Shown: positions 26,489 through 39,658, counted from the stretch's first letter. The stretch: 64,000 nucleotides of DNA from Myxococcota bacterium (GCA_036012755.1 DASCPX010000009.1:146880-210879), one strand, 5' to 3'. Translations and numbers: made by a program. Notes: generated from the letters alone by a model not told the origin.

Positions 26489-29400
26489 TCACTGACTCAC
26501 TGACTCGCCGAGCCCTCGCCTTCGCCTGACGGCGAGCAGGAGCGCGACGATGGCCCAGGCCCCGAGTCGACCCCGGGTGCCGGTGCAGCCGCAGCCCTCG
26601 TCCGTGGTCCAGCCCACGTAGCTCTCGGGGAAGCCGACGTAGCTGCGACCGGTGTCCTCTTCGACCGAGCTGTCCTCTGGCGCCTCGGTGTCCTCTGGGG
26701 GCGAGCTGTCGCCCGTGTCCCCGGTGTCCTCGCAGATCTCGTCCTCGTCGAGCTCGCCGTCGCAGTCCGCGTCGATGTCGTCGCAGAGGTCCTCTGTGAC
26801 GCCGGGGTTCACCTCGCTATCGAGGTCGTCGCAGTCGTCGCCGGACCAGGTGGAGCTGGAGAAGCCGTCGTTGTCCTGGTCGTAGTCGTCGCCGCCGAGG
26901 CAGTCCTGGTCGATCCCGTCGTACCAGACCTCTGGCGCGTCGAAGTAGACCTCCGGATCCTCGTCGTCGCAGTCGGCGCCCCCGTATGCCTCCCAGTCCT
27001 GCCCGTCGTGGTCGGCGTCGTAGTCGGAGTCGTCGGCGCAGTCCTCGTCGAAGCCGTCGTACCAGGTCTCGTCCGCGGCAGGAGAGACGCTCGGGTCCGA
27101 GTCGTCGCAGTCGTCCCCACCCTCGGCCTCGTCGGCGTAGCCGTCCCCGTCCACGTCGCGCGCGTCGGCGCCGTCGCAGTCCTGGTCGATGCCGTCGTAG
27201 GGAGCCTCTGTGCAGCTGGGGCAGATCGAGGCGTCGTCGTCGTCGCAGTCGGCCCCGCCGTAGTCGCTGCTGTCGAAGCCGTCGATGTCGGCGTCGTAGT
27301 CGGAGTCACCGGCGCAGTCCGAGTCCACGCCGTCGTACCAGATGTCCGTCGCCCCAGGGTTCACCCGGGCGTCGTCGTCGTCGCAGTCGTCGCCGCCGTA
27401 GAAGTCGACCTGGTAGCCGTCGCCGTCCGCATCGAAGTCGTCGGCGCCGTCGCAGTCTTGATCGACGTCGTCGTAGACGTACTCGGTGGCGCCTGGGTGG
27501 ATGGAGGCGTCGTCGTCGTCGCAGTCGTCACCCGAGTAGCTGTCGCTGTCGTAGCCGTCCGCGTCGCAGTCGTACTCGTCGTCCGTGCCGTCGCAGTCCT
27601 GGTCGGTGCCGTCGTAGCAGATCTCCTCCTCGCCGGGATTGACGCTGTCGTCTTCGTCGTCGCAGTCGGTGCCTCCGTTCTCGACCCCCCGATACCCGTC
27701 GAGGTCGTCGTCCCACTCGTCGACTCCGTCGCAGTCCTCGTCGATGCCGTCGTCGTCGTCCGACTCGGTCGCGTCGGGGTTGATGGAGGCGTCACTGTCG
27801 TCGCAGTCGTCGCCCCCGTAGTCGTCCGAGTCGAAGCCGTCGGTGTCGGCGTCGTAGTCGCTGGCGTCGTCGCAGTCGGAGTCGACCCCGTCGTACCAGG
27901 TGTCCTCTGCGTCAGGGTTCACCCCAGAGTCGCTGTCGTTGCAGTCTTCACCCCCCTCGGCCTCGGCGTCGTAGCCATCGCCGTCGGCGTCCGAGTCCGA
28001 CTCGCCGTCGCAGTCGCTGTCCACTCCGTCGTACCAGGTCTCCTCGGCGCCGGGGTAGGTGTCGGCGTCACCGTCGTCGCAGTCCGTGGAGCCGCCCGAG
28101 CCGCTGCCGCCGGACTCCTCGGTGGAGTAGCCGTCGGCGTCAGCGTCGTAGTCGTCGGCGCCGTCGCAGTTGCTGTCCACTCCGTCGTACCAGGTCTCCT
28201 CGACGTCCGGCGAGGTCTCCGCCTCGGAGTCGTCGCAGTCCTCGCCCCCGTAGAGTTCGGAGTCGTAGCCGTCCCCGTCCGCGTCGTAGTCGCTGCCACC
28301 GTCGCAGTCGCTGTCCGTGCCGTCGTACCAGGTCTCCTCTGCGTCCGGGTTGGTCTCCGACTCGGAGTCGTCGCAGTCCTCGCCGATGTCGTAGCCGTCA
28401 CCGTCCGCGTCGTAGTCACTGCCACCATCGCAGTCGTTGTCCGTGCCGTCGTACCAGGTCTCGGTGGCCCCGGGGTTGGCGCTGGCGTCGCTATCGTCGC
28501 AGTCTCCGTCGGCCTCTGTGTAGCCGTCACCGTCACCGTCATCGAGCCCGAGCTCGCTGAAGACGACGTCGTCCAGCCCCCAGTCGTCGCTTGGAGGCCC
28601 GGTGATGACGAGCTCCTCGATGCCGTAGTCGTAGAGGAAGCCACGGAAGGAGTCGGTCCCCTCCAGCGACAGCGAGATCGTGTCGCTGTAGGCCGTCGTC
28701 GAGCCGATGTTGCCCTCGAAGGTGAAGGAGCCGTTGGCATCGAAGATCCAGAAGCCCACAGCGGGCTGGGTCTCTTCGAAGGTGAGGGTCACGACCCTCG
28801 AGACCGCCTCTGCTGCCTGGGCGTCGTTGACCCCGGCGCCGTCGATGTCCGTGACGACCTCGAGGTCGTCGTCGAAGGTCACGCCAAGGTCGCTGTAGTC
28901 GTCCGCGACGGTGTCTCCGACCGTGAGATCCTCGAAGTCGATCTGCTCGACGGTGATCCCGGCTGCGCTCTCCCAGGTCGAGTAGTCGGTCTCCGTCGAG
29001 GCGCTCCCGGCGTCGACGACGCCGTCGCAGTCGTCGTCCTTGCCGTTCGTGATGTCCTCTGTCGCCCCGGGGTTCACGTCGGCGTCGGAGTCGTCGCAGT
29101 CCCCATCCGCGCCTGTGTAGCCGTCGCCGTCCCGGTCGGACTGCGTCGCCCAGACCACCTGGATGTCGTCGAGGCCGAAGCCATCGGAGAGCTCGGCCTC
29201 GACGCGCACGTAGGTGACGGACTCGCCGAAGGTCACGCCGACGAAGCGCCCGCCGGCGAGGTCGGCGCCGTCGTGATCGACGCGGAGATCGCCCCCGGAG
29301 TCGAGCAGATCGCTGGTGTCCGAGAGATAGGCGTTGAGCCTGATGGTGCCCTCGGCGTCGAGGAGCTGGAAGGCGAGAGCGTCGACGTCCTCGTCGAAGG

Positions 29401-31804
29401 TGAGGAGGATGGCGTTGTCGGCCGACCCCGGGAAGACCTTCGCGGCGAGGCTGTCCTTCGGGTCCGCCCCGTGGATGTCGTCCTGCGCTGTGACGGCACC
29501 CGATGCCGTGAGCTCGAGCCCGTTGCCGGAGTAGTGCGAGGAGAGGTCGTCACCCTTCGACGCGTCCTCGAAGTCGAAGGTCTCCACGGTCGTGGTGCCG
29601 AGCGTCTGGGTCGTGTCCCACTGCCAGAGGTCCTCGTCCAGCCGGACGGTGTAGGCGCCGTCGACCCAGCCATCGCAGTCGTTGTCGTCGGCGTAGCCGC
29701 CGGTGTCGAGCCCGGTGTCCTCGTCGTTGGAGGGGAAGCTGTTGCTGTCGCCGTCGTCACAGTCGGGCCCCTCCGCTGCCCTCCCGACGATGCCGTCGTT
29801 GTCCTCGTCCAGCCAGCTCGGCGCGTAGGACCAGATGTGCACGATGCCGTTGAGGGTGCCGTCGCCGACGCTGGAGTCCTTCGCGGCGACGACCGCCTCG
29901 CCGAGACCGTCTCCGTCGTGATCGTCGAGGAGCAGCACGGCGGTCCCGGCTCCTCCGCCGCTGTAGCTCCCGCTCAGAGAGTGGTCGGCGTCGCTCATGG
30001 TCGCCGAGCCGCTCGTCGGGATCCCGCGGAAGATGAAGGCGCCGCCAGCGCTGGCGGTGCCGCCGTCGCCGCCGACGATCAGGTCGTCCACCCCGTCGGC
30101 GTCGATGTCACCGGCGTCGAGCGCCGCGCCGAAGCGCTGATACGAGGTGTCCCCCGAGATGACCACGTCCGCGTCGCTCGCCGTGTAGCTGCCGGACCAC
30201 GCCGAGCCGTCCTCGAAGAGGCAGACCGCCCCAGCGTCCGTGGCGCCGAAGTCCTCTTTCGGGACCCCGAAGAGCAGCTCGCCGTAGCCGTCGCCGTCGA
30301 GGTCTGCGACCAGCACAGAGGTCCCGAGCGCGTCCGAGCTGCCCTCCCCGTCGAAGGTGGCCTCGGCGTTGCTGGCGACGTCGTTGGTCCCGGACCAGCT
30401 GCCGCCGAGCACGAGGTAGCCCCGCCCGCCTCCGGTGTAGGCCGCGTCGCTGGCGCGCACACCCAGAACGACATCGGCAAGCCCGTCACCGTCGGCGTCG
30501 CCGCCGGAGAGCGCCTCGCCGAGCTCGTCGTAGGGGCTCTCGCCAGAGAAACCCTCGCTCAGGCTGGAGGTGCCCGACAACGGCCCGCCCCACGAGATGT
30601 AGGCCATGCCAGCGTTGGAGTAGGCGGTGTCGTCGCCGGGAGCACCGACGAGGAGCTCCTCGTAGCCGTCCCCGTCGATGTCCCCCGCAGCGGCGATGAC
30701 CGTACCCGCCTTCGACTTCGTCGACGAGGACGAACCCAGGAGGGTCGCGTCGGCGTCGCTGGATGCGCTCAGGTCACCGGACCAGGCTGCGTTCGCGAAG
30801 AGGTGGACCGCCCCGGCGTCGGTGGCCGCGTCGTCGTTGCGTGGCTCGCCGACCGCGAGATCCAGGAGCCCGTCACCGTCGAGGTCTGCGACGGCGATGG
30901 CGCTCCCGAACTCATCCGCCGAGGAGCCCGAGATGGTCGCAGCCGCGCTGTCGGTGTCCCCGAGGCCAGGTGAAGCGCCCCCGTAGAAGAGGAAGACCCG
31001 GTCGTCCTCTGTGGAGCCGACGAAGACGTCGTCATAGCCGTCGGCGTTGACGTCACCACCGCCGAGCGAGGCCCCCAGGTACATGTAGTCGTCGGCGCCG
31101 TACCAGTAGCTGTCCGCCAAGTAGAGCTCGGCCTCTTCTGCCCCGGCTCGCCAGGCCGGCTTGCCGAACCAGGCGCTGACGCCGTCGGAGAGACCGCCCG
31201 TGCAGGACCAGTCCAGGCCGCTCGACGAAGAGCCCTGGACGCCGACGACGGCCCCGACGCCGCCGTCGTAGCTGGCGTCGCCGAAGTCGACGTCCTCGTG
31301 CACGATGACGACCTCCTTGCGCCCCTCCTGGAACCACACCTGGACCTGGCCGCTGCCGGCGGCGGAGCCCGGCTGGATGCCCTGCCAGTCGACGACGACC
31401 ATGCGGTATGGGTACTGGCCGAGCTCCGCGACCCGCACGCTGTCCACGGCGAGCTCGTCCCAGTAGGCCGCGATCCCGGACCAGGATCCGGAGGGCGGGC
31501 AGCTGGCGCTCGCATAGGCCTGGTCACCGGACCAGAACGCGGTCCCGTTGTCGCCGATGTAGAGCTGGTCTTCGGTGGAGCCGTACCAGCTGACCTCGAA
31601 AGGCAGCTCGTAGAGCCCCGTGTCCTCGTCCCCCAAGCCGAGCTCGATGCCCTCGTCGTCGATGTCGAGCGCCACGTGCGGCGGGCCATAGGTCTCTTCG
31701 CTGGTGAGGTACTCGATGCCGCCGGTGTCAGGGCCCCCCGTGGCCGCCCACACCACAGGCAGTGTGCTCAGCAGGAGTACGAGGACAGCGGCAGGGCGGC
31801 GCAC
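26489..31804 (-). CDS. Giant surface protein: FG-GAP propeller, about 18 MopE-like Cys/Asp repeats, MYXO-CTERM-type tail
   Basis: GTG at 31804; FG-GAP repeats; DCDD....P...E.WYDG.D.DCDG units; C-terminal GCGC + TM + RRRR. Confidence 0.9.
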   Translation of the reverse strand: MRRPAAVLVLLLSTLPVVWAATGGPDTGGIEYLTSEETYGPPHVALDIDDEGIELGLGDEDTGLYELPFEVSWYGSTEDQLYIGDNGTAFWSGDQAYASASCPPSGSWSGIAAYWDELAVDSVRVAELGQYPYRMVVVDWQGIQPGSAAGSGQVQVWFQEGRKEVVIVHEDVDFGDASYDGGVGAVVGVQGSSSSGLDWSCTGGLSDGVSAWFGKPAWRAGAEEAELYLADSYWYGADDYMYLGASLGGGDVNADGYDDVFVGSTEDDRVFLFYGGASPGLGDTDSAAATISGSSADEFGSAIAVADLDGDGLLDLAVGEPRNDDAATDAGAVHLFANAAWSGDLSASSDADATLLGSSSSTKSKAGTVIAAAGDIDGDGYEELLVGAPGDDTAYSNAGMAYISWGGPLSGTSSLSEGFSGESPYDELGEALSGGDADGDGLADVVLGVRASDAAYTGGGRGYLVLGGSWSGTNDVASNAEATFDGEGSSDALGTSVLVADLDGDGYGELLFGVPKEDFGATDAGAVCLFEDGSAWSGSYTASDADVVISGDTSYQRFGAALDAGDIDADGVDDLIVGGDGGTASAGGAFIFRGIPTSGSATMSDADHSLSGSYSGGGAGTAVLLLDDHDGDGLGEAVVAAKDSSVGDGTLNGIVHIWSYAPSWLDEDNDGIVGRAAEGPDCDDGDSNSFPSNDEDTGLDTGGYADDNDCDGWVDGAYTVRLDEDLWQWDTTQTLGTTTVETFDFEDASKGDDLSSHYSGNGLELTASGAVTAQDDIHGADPKDSLAAKVFPGSADNAILLTFDEDVDALAFQLLDAEGTIRLNAYLSDTSDLLDSGGDLRVDHDGADLAGGRFVGVTFGESVTYVRVEAELSDGFGLDDIQVVWATQSDRDGDGYTGADGDCDDSDADVNPGATEDITNGKDDDCDGVVDAGSASTETDYSTWESAAGITVEQIDFEDLTVGDTVADDYSDLGVTFDDDLEVVTDIDGAGVNDAQAAEAVSRVVTLTFEETQPAVGFWIFDANGSFTFEGNIGSTTAYSDTISLSLEGTDSFRGFLYDYGIEELVITGPPSDDWGLDDVVFSELGLDDGDGDGYTEADGDCDDSDASANPGATETWYDGTDNDCDGGSDYDADGDGYDIGEDCDDSESETNPDAEETWYDGTDSDCDGGSDYDADGDGYDSELYGGEDCDDSEAETSPDVEETWYDGVDSNCDGADDYDADADGYSTEESGGSGSGGSTDCDDGDADTYPGAEETWYDGVDSDCDGESDSDADGDGYDAEAEGGEDCNDSDSGVNPDAEDTWYDGVDSDCDDASDYDADTDGFDSDDYGGDDCDDSDASINPDATESDDDDGIDEDCDGVDEWDDDLDGYRGVENGGTDCDDEDDSVNPGEEEICYDGTDQDCDGTDDEYDCDADGYDSDSYSGDDCDDDDASIHPGATEYVYDDVDQDCDGADDFDADGDGYQVDFYGGDDCDDDDARVNPGATDIWYDGVDSDCAGDSDYDADIDGFDSSDYGGADCDDDDASICPSCTEAPYDGIDQDCDGADARDVDGDGYADEAEGGDDCDDSDPSVSPAADETWYDGFDEDCADDSDYDADHDGQDWEAYGGADCDDEDPEVYFDAPEVWYDGIDQDCLGGDDYDQDNDGFSSSTWSGDDCDDLDSEVNPGVTEDLCDDIDADCDGELDEDEICEDTGDTGDSSPPEDTEAPEDSSVEEDTGRSYVGFPESYVGWTTDEGCGCTGTRGRLGAWAIVALLLAVRRRRGLGESVSQ

Positions 31805-31928
31805 CCCGTGAGAGTAGCCGGCGTGGGCGTGCATCGGTTCTCGCGGAGATGTGCAAGAGCTGTGGGCGAGGTGTCAACAAAGGTCTCGATCCGATCTTTC
31901 TGGGATCGGAAGTGAAATGAACCGGTGT

Positions 31929-31945
31929 CTGGATCGTCCTGTGCA
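31929..31945 (+). promoter_or_regulatory. Candidate sigma54 -24/-12 promoter
   Basis: CTGGATCGTCCTGTGCA: GG(31931-32)-N10-GC(31943-44); partial match to TGGCACG-N4-TTGC. Confidence 0.4.
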
Positions 31946-31955
31946 CAGACGCGGC

Positions 31956-32086
31956 CGACCAGATGGTGCGGCTCCCTCGCTCATACATTCGATTCAGGGA
32001 ACCTCGGGCAACGAGCATTGTGAGCCCCATCAAGGAAAGCCGACGCGCCCCGCCTCCGTGAATGGGAGGCGGGGCGCTCTCTTTTT
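31956..32086 (+). ncRNA. Candidate structured small RNA
   Basis: Intergenic, lower GC, nested stems, ends in a + strand intrinsic terminator with no + strand CDS upstream. Confidence 0.5.
32045..32086 (+). terminator. Rho-independent terminator
   Basis: 13-bp perfect stem GCGCCCCGCCTCC/GGAGGCGGGGCGC, 7-nt loop, TCTCTTTTT tail. Confidence 0.85.
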
Positions 32087-32094
32087 CCGACGGC

Positions 32095-33042
32095 TCAGAC
32101 CTCGACGAAGAGCCCGCCGACCAGGCGCCCGGCGACGTTCTCGACCCGACACCATGGCCAGTCCGGTGGACGCTCCCAGGCCCCGGGCGCGAGGTGGTCG
32201 AGCGCTGCCTCGACGGCGGCACCCAGGACCTTCGACTGCCCGGTGTGGACCTTGACGACGAGGCCGAGGCGACGGTCGGGGAAGGCCATGCAGAACAGCG
32301 CCTGGGCCCCGATCTTCACCACCATGCCCTCTCTTCGACCGGCCATGAGCTCCTCGTCGAGGCGCCCGGTGCCGCTGGTCAGGTGGGGGTGGTTCATCAT
32401 CGCCCGGGCGATCCGCGCGAGCCGCTCGTCGCCACTGGTGAAGGACTCGGCCACCGCGGCCCAGGCCCGAGCCATGGCCGAGATCGGCAGGACCCAGGTC
32501 GGAACCCCGCAGCCGTCGACCCCGTGCTCCGGCCTGGCGCCCGCCCACGCCGCGATCCGGCTCTCGATCCGCTCCTGGAGGGGGTGACCGGGATCACGGT
32601 AGTCCCCCGGGAGCGCTTGGAGGTGACAAGCGGCCAGCATGAAGGCGTGCTTGCCCGAGCAGTTGTTGTGGATCGGGGCGACTTCGCCCCCGGAGCGGTA
32701 GAGCGCCGCCGCGGCGCCGTCGTTGATGGGCGGGTGAGCGCCGCAAGAGAGCTCCGACTCCTTGACTCCGAAGCGGCGGAGCACAGACCGGACGAGCGCC
32801 ACGTGCTCCGGTTGCCCCGCGTGGGACGCAGCGCCCACCGCCAGCTGCCTGTCGCTGAGATCGTCGGGGTCACCGAGCGCCTCCAGGCTGCACCACAGCT
32901 GGAAGGGCTTCGCCGCCGACCGCCATGTCGTCGTCCAGTCCTCTCCCATACTCCCGACGATCTCGCCGTCACGGACCGTGACCGCGCTGAAGGGATGGAC
33001 GGCCTCGAGGTGGCCCCCGCGGAGTTGGACGACGCTCGGCAT
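32095..33042 (-). CDS. L-asparaginase II (Rhizobium etli AnsA-type)
   Basis: RSAAKPFQ, ASHAG, NNCSGKH, DGCGVP, KIGAQ; ATG at 33042. Confidence 0.9.
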   Translation of the reverse strand: MPSVVQLRGGHLEAVHPFSAVTVRDGEIVGSMGEDWTTTWRSAAKPFQLWCSLEALGDPDDLSDRQLAVGAASHAGQPEHVALVRSVLRRFGVKESELSCGAHPPINDGAAAALYRSGGEVAPIHNNCSGKHAFMLAACHLQALPGDYRDPGHPLQERIESRIAAWAGARPEHGVDGCGVPTWVLPISAMARAWAAVAESFTSGDERLARIARAMMNHPHLTSGTGRLDEELMAGRREGMVVKIGAQALFCMAFPDRRLGLVVKVHTGQSKVLGAAVEAALDHLAPGAWERPPDWPWCRVENVAGRLVGGLFVEV

Positions 33043-33111
33043 GCCAGAAGCCTCGCCGACTGGGCTGCCGCGGGCAAGCGGCCTGATTAGAGGGACCCGT
33101 CCGGAGGTCCA

Positions 33112-33666
33112 GTGCAGCCCCTCGCGATCGATACGCTCCCGACGCCGAACCCCCACGCCCTGATGTTCAAGGTCGCCGTGCCACTCGTGGCGCGTGGCAC
33201 CTACGAATACCGGAACGCGGCGGCCGCCGAGACCGCTCCCCTCGCCCGTCGGCTCTTCACCCTCGACGGGGTGGACCAGATCCTGGTGACCAGCCGCTTC
33301 GTCACGGTCAACAAGCACGGCGCCTTCGACTGGCCGAGCCTGGTGCCCGACATCAAGGGGCTCATCCGGGAGCACGTCGACAGCGGTGATCCCGCCGTGG
33401 CAGCGGGCCACGCCGTCGAGGCCCTCGACACCGACTCCGAGCTCGCGCGCCAGGTCGCCGAGCTGATCGAGGAGGAGATCCGCCCCTCCCTCGCGAGGGA
33501 CGGCGGCGACGTCCAGTTCGTCGGCCTCACGGAGGACAACGTCGTGCAGGTGCGGCTGATCGGAGCCTGCGCCAGCTGCCCTTCCTCCACCGCGACGCTC
33601 TCGCTGGGAATCGAGGCCTTCATCGTCGAGGAGTTCCCAGACGTCGCTGGCGTCATCCAGGTGTGA
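33112..33666 (+). CDS. NifU/NfuA-like Fe-S carrier (Nfu_N + NifU-C)
   Basis: TPNP.ALMF, FVTVNK, IRPSLARDGGDV, GACASCPSS. Confidence 0.9.
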   Translation: MQPLAIDTLPTPNPHALMFKVAVPLVARGTYEYRNAAAAETAPLARRLFTLDGVDQILVTSRFVTVNKHGAFDWPSLVPDIKGLIREHVDSGDPAVAAGHAVEALDTDSELARQVAELIEEEIRPSLARDGGDVQFVGLTEDNVVQVRLIGACASCPSSTATLSLGIEAFIVEEFPDVAGVIQV

Positions 33667-33700
33667 TTCAAACCCCGGCTACGACGGATACCCTCACCGC

Positions 33701-36655
33701 ATGTTCCTGCTCGCCCTCGCCTGCCTGAAGCCAAAGCCCATCCTCCAGGAGAGCGGCACAGAGGAAGAGACCGTCATCGACGATGACGAAGACGGCTTCC
33801 CTGCCGAAGACGACTGCGACGACCTCGACGCCGCGGTGAACCCGGACGCGGAAGAGGTCTGCAACGGCATCGACGACAACTGCGACGAGGTCGTCGACAC
33901 CGACGCCACCGATCAGGGCACCTGGTACGTCGACGGCGACAGCGACGGCCACGGCGACCCCGATCTGGAACTCCAGGCCTGCGATCAGCCCAGCGGCTAC
34001 GTCGCCGCCAACGACGACTGCGACGACACCGAGCCCACGGTGCACGCCGGCGCCACCGAGCTCTGCGACCACCTCGACAACGACTGCGACGGCGAGACCG
34101 ACGAAGACGGGCTGACCTGGTGGTTCCTCGACGCCGACAGCGACGGCTACGGTGACATCGAGGACCCCGGCGAGGAGACCTGCGGCATGCCCGAGGGCAA
34201 GGTCGCCGACAACACGGACTGTGACGACGAGCGCTTCGAGACGAACCCGGGCGCTTTCGAATACTGCAACGACATCGACGACGACTGCGACGGCGTCATC
34301 GACCCGGACAGCTCCGTCGACGCGACCACCTGGTACGTCGACGCCGACAGCGACGGCTACGGCTCGACCGCCTTCCCGAGCGCGACCCAGTGCGAGCAGC
34401 CCGACGGCTACGTCACGGACAACACCGACTGCGACGACCTGGATGAGCAGGTCTTCCCCGGGGCCGACGAGTATTGCAACACCTACGACGACGACTGCGA
34501 CGGCATCACGGACGAGGACAGCGCCGTCGACGCGACGACCTGGTACGAGGACGCGGACGTGGACGGCTACGGCAACGCCTCCAGCCGAGATGTCCAGTGC
34601 ACCCAGCCCACCGGCTACGTCTCGAACTCGATGGACTGCGACGACACCAACGCCGCCGTGAGTCCCGACGCTCCGGAGCTCTGCTCGACCTCCGACGACG
34701 ACGACTGCGACGGAGACGTCAACGAGGACGACGCGGCGGACACGACGACCTGGTACGACGACGATGACTCGGACGGCTACGGGGACTCCGGGGACAGCCA
34801 GACAGCCTGCGACCGGCCCTCCGGCCACGTCACGACCTCTGGGGACTGCGACGACACGGACTCGGACACCAACCCCGGCGCCGACGAGTACTGCGACGGG
34901 CACGACGACGACTGTGACGGCGACGTCGACGAGGACGACGCGGTGGACGCCACGACCTGGTACGGCGACGACGACTCCGACGGCTTTGGCGAGGACGCAG
35001 ACTCCACGACCGCCTGCGACCAGCCCAGCGGCTACGAGCCCAAGGGCGGGGACTGCGACGACAGCGACGACGACATCTACCCAGGCGCCGACGAGTACTG
35101 CAACACCGAGGACGACGACTGCGACGGCGACGTCGACGAGGACGACGCCCTGGACGTCTCGACCTTCTACGCCGACACCGACGGCGACGGCTACGGTGAC
35201 GCCAGCTCGACCAACGACCAGTGCTACGCGGACTCCTCCTACGTCTCCGACGACACGGACTGTGACGACAGCGACTACGACGTGAACCCGGGCGCGACAG
35301 AGGTCTGCGGCAACGGCATCGACGACGACTGCGACGAGGAGATCGGCAGCGACTGCGGGCCCTACGGCACGGTGTCGCTGAACGACGCGGAGGCCAAGAT
35401 CACGGGGGAGAGCAGCTACGACTACCTCGGGCGGTCGGTCGCCGGAGGGGACCTCGACGGGGACGGGTACGCGGACCTGGTCGCGACCTCGATGTACCTG
35501 GCCTACTACGGCGCAGAGAACTACGTCTTCCTAGGCCCGATCTCCGGGGAGATCGACGCGGGTGACGCCGACATCATCATCGAAGGCGACAGCGGAGTCG
35601 GCCAGGACGCGGTGATCGTCGGAGACCTCGACGGCGACGGCGTGGACGACCTGGTCCTGTCGGGCCCCAACTACCCCTACCTGGGCGCCACCAGCAACGC
35701 CCAGCGGGGCGGGATCTTCTTCTTCTTCGGGCCGACCACCGGCGAGTGGGACCAGGACGACGCTGACGCCGTGGTGCTGGGTGACGAGAGCTACGACGGC
35801 TTCGGCTACCGGGTGGCCGAGGCCGGGGACGCCGACGGCGACGGCTACGACGACCTCTGGACCTCGAGCATCACCTACAAGAACGACTACGGCTCGGCGA
35901 TCCTCCTGCAAGGTCCCTTCTCCGGGAGCTCCTCGGGCGCCTCGATCTACGTCTACGACAGCTCCAACTACACCTACGCCGGCACGGATCTCGACGGCTC
36001 TGGAGACACCAACGGCGACGGGGCGAACGACCTGGTGGTCGGGGCGCCGTCCTCTGACGAGGCGTGGGTCGTGCTGGGACCCGTCACGACCTCGACCGAG
36101 GTGGGCGATGTCGACGCGGTGCTCACGGGATCGAGCGGCGGCTACGCCGGCACCTCGAGCGTCTTCCTTCCCGACGCCAACGGAGACGGCTACGACGAGG
36201 TCGTCATCGGCGCGCCCTACGAGGACAGCTACCGGGGCAACGTCTACATCGTCAACGGCCCCGTCAGCGCGGACGCGACGCTGTCATCGGACGCGGACGC
36301 GACCCTCAACGGCCCCAGCAGCGGCTACGGCGGCTACACCCTGACGGCCTGCGATATCGACGGAGACGGCAACGGAGACGTCGTCGCCGGAGCGCCGGCC
36401 ACCGGCTCCTACAAGGGCAAGATCTACCTCTTCCTCGGACCGGTCACCGGCACGATGAACATGGCCGCGAACGCGGACGGCATCCTCACCGGCGAGGCCG
36501 CTGGCGACTACGCCAGCTACTACGAAGGCCTGGCCTGCGGCGGGGATCATGACGCGGACGGCTACGAAGACATCGTTGTCGGCGCCCCGTACGAAGACAC
36601 AGGGGGAACCAACGCCGGCGCGGCCTACGTCGTCCTTGGAGGAGGAGGCCTGTAG
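33701..36655 (+). CDS. Lipoprotein adhesin-like: MopE-like repeats + FG-GAP propeller (984 aa)
   Basis: MFLLALAC; 8 DCDD...E.C...DDDCDG units with WY.D.D.DGYG linkers; C-terminal FG-GAP repeats. Confidence 0.9.
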   Translation: MFLLALACLKPKPILQESGTEEETVIDDDEDGFPAEDDCDDLDAAVNPDAEEVCNGIDDNCDEVVDTDATDQGTWYVDGDSDGHGDPDLELQACDQPSGYVAANDDCDDTEPTVHAGATELCDHLDNDCDGETDEDGLTWWFLDADSDGYGDIEDPGEETCGMPEGKVADNTDCDDERFETNPGAFEYCNDIDDDCDGVIDPDSSVDATTWYVDADSDGYGSTAFPSATQCEQPDGYVTDNTDCDDLDEQVFPGADEYCNTYDDDCDGITDEDSAVDATTWYEDADVDGYGNASSRDVQCTQPTGYVSNSMDCDDTNAAVSPDAPELCSTSDDDDCDGDVNEDDAADTTTWYDDDDSDGYGDSGDSQTACDRPSGHVTTSGDCDDTDSDTNPGADEYCDGHDDDCDGDVDEDDAVDATTWYGDDDSDGFGEDADSTTACDQPSGYEPKGGDCDDSDDDIYPGADEYCNTEDDDCDGDVDEDDALDVSTFYADTDGDGYGDASSTNDQCYADSSYVSDDTDCDDSDYDVNPGATEVCGNGIDDDCDEEIGSDCGPYGTVSLNDAEAKITGESSYDYLGRSVAGGDLDGDGYADLVATSMYLAYYGAENYVFLGPISGEIDAGDADIIIEGDSGVGQDAVIVGDLDGDGVDDLVLSGPNYPYLGATSNAQRGGIFFFFGPTTGEWDQDDADAVVLGDESYDGFGYRVAEAGDADGDGYDDLWTSSITYKNDYGSAILLQGPFSGSSSGASIYVYDSSNYTYAGTDLDGSGDTNGDGANDLVVGAPSSDEAWVVLGPVTTSTEVGDVDAVLTGSSGGYAGTSSVFLPDANGDGYDEVVIGAPYEDSYRGNVYIVNGPVSADATLSSDADATLNGPSSGYGGYTLTACDIDGDGNGDVVAGAPATGSYKGKIYLFLGPVTGTMNMAANADGILTGEAAGDYASYYEGLACGGDHDADGYEDIVVGAPYEDTGGTNAGAAYVVLGGGGL

Positions 36656-36664
36656 ACTGGAGCA

Positions 36665-39619
<2,955 letters not shown>

Positions 39620-39621
39620 TC

Positions 39622-39658
39622 CCCCTCGGCAGAACTCGCGCCGGAGAGAACTAGATCA
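39622..39658. repeat. Small intergenic repeat element, short copy
   Basis: CCCCTCGGCAGAACTCGCG-CCGGAGAGAACTAGATCA matches both ends of 2778-2845 with 2 mismatches. Confidence 0.65.

Noticed and set aside
26485..26506. TGAGTCACTGACTCA palindrome with an 8-nt direct repeat at a convergent junction
   Set aside because: Short, partly produced by two facing stop codons; no second copy seen
27008..30973. Long antisense and alternate-frame ORFs (also 3486..5804, 9227..11812, 36284..39220, 58005..59840)
   Set aside because: Shadow ORFs of real genes, expected at high GC; no recognisable motifs
31851..32255. 134-aa + strand ORF explaining the terminator at 32045
   Set aside because: It reads through the terminator and overlaps the asparaginase gene; no RBS and atypical codons
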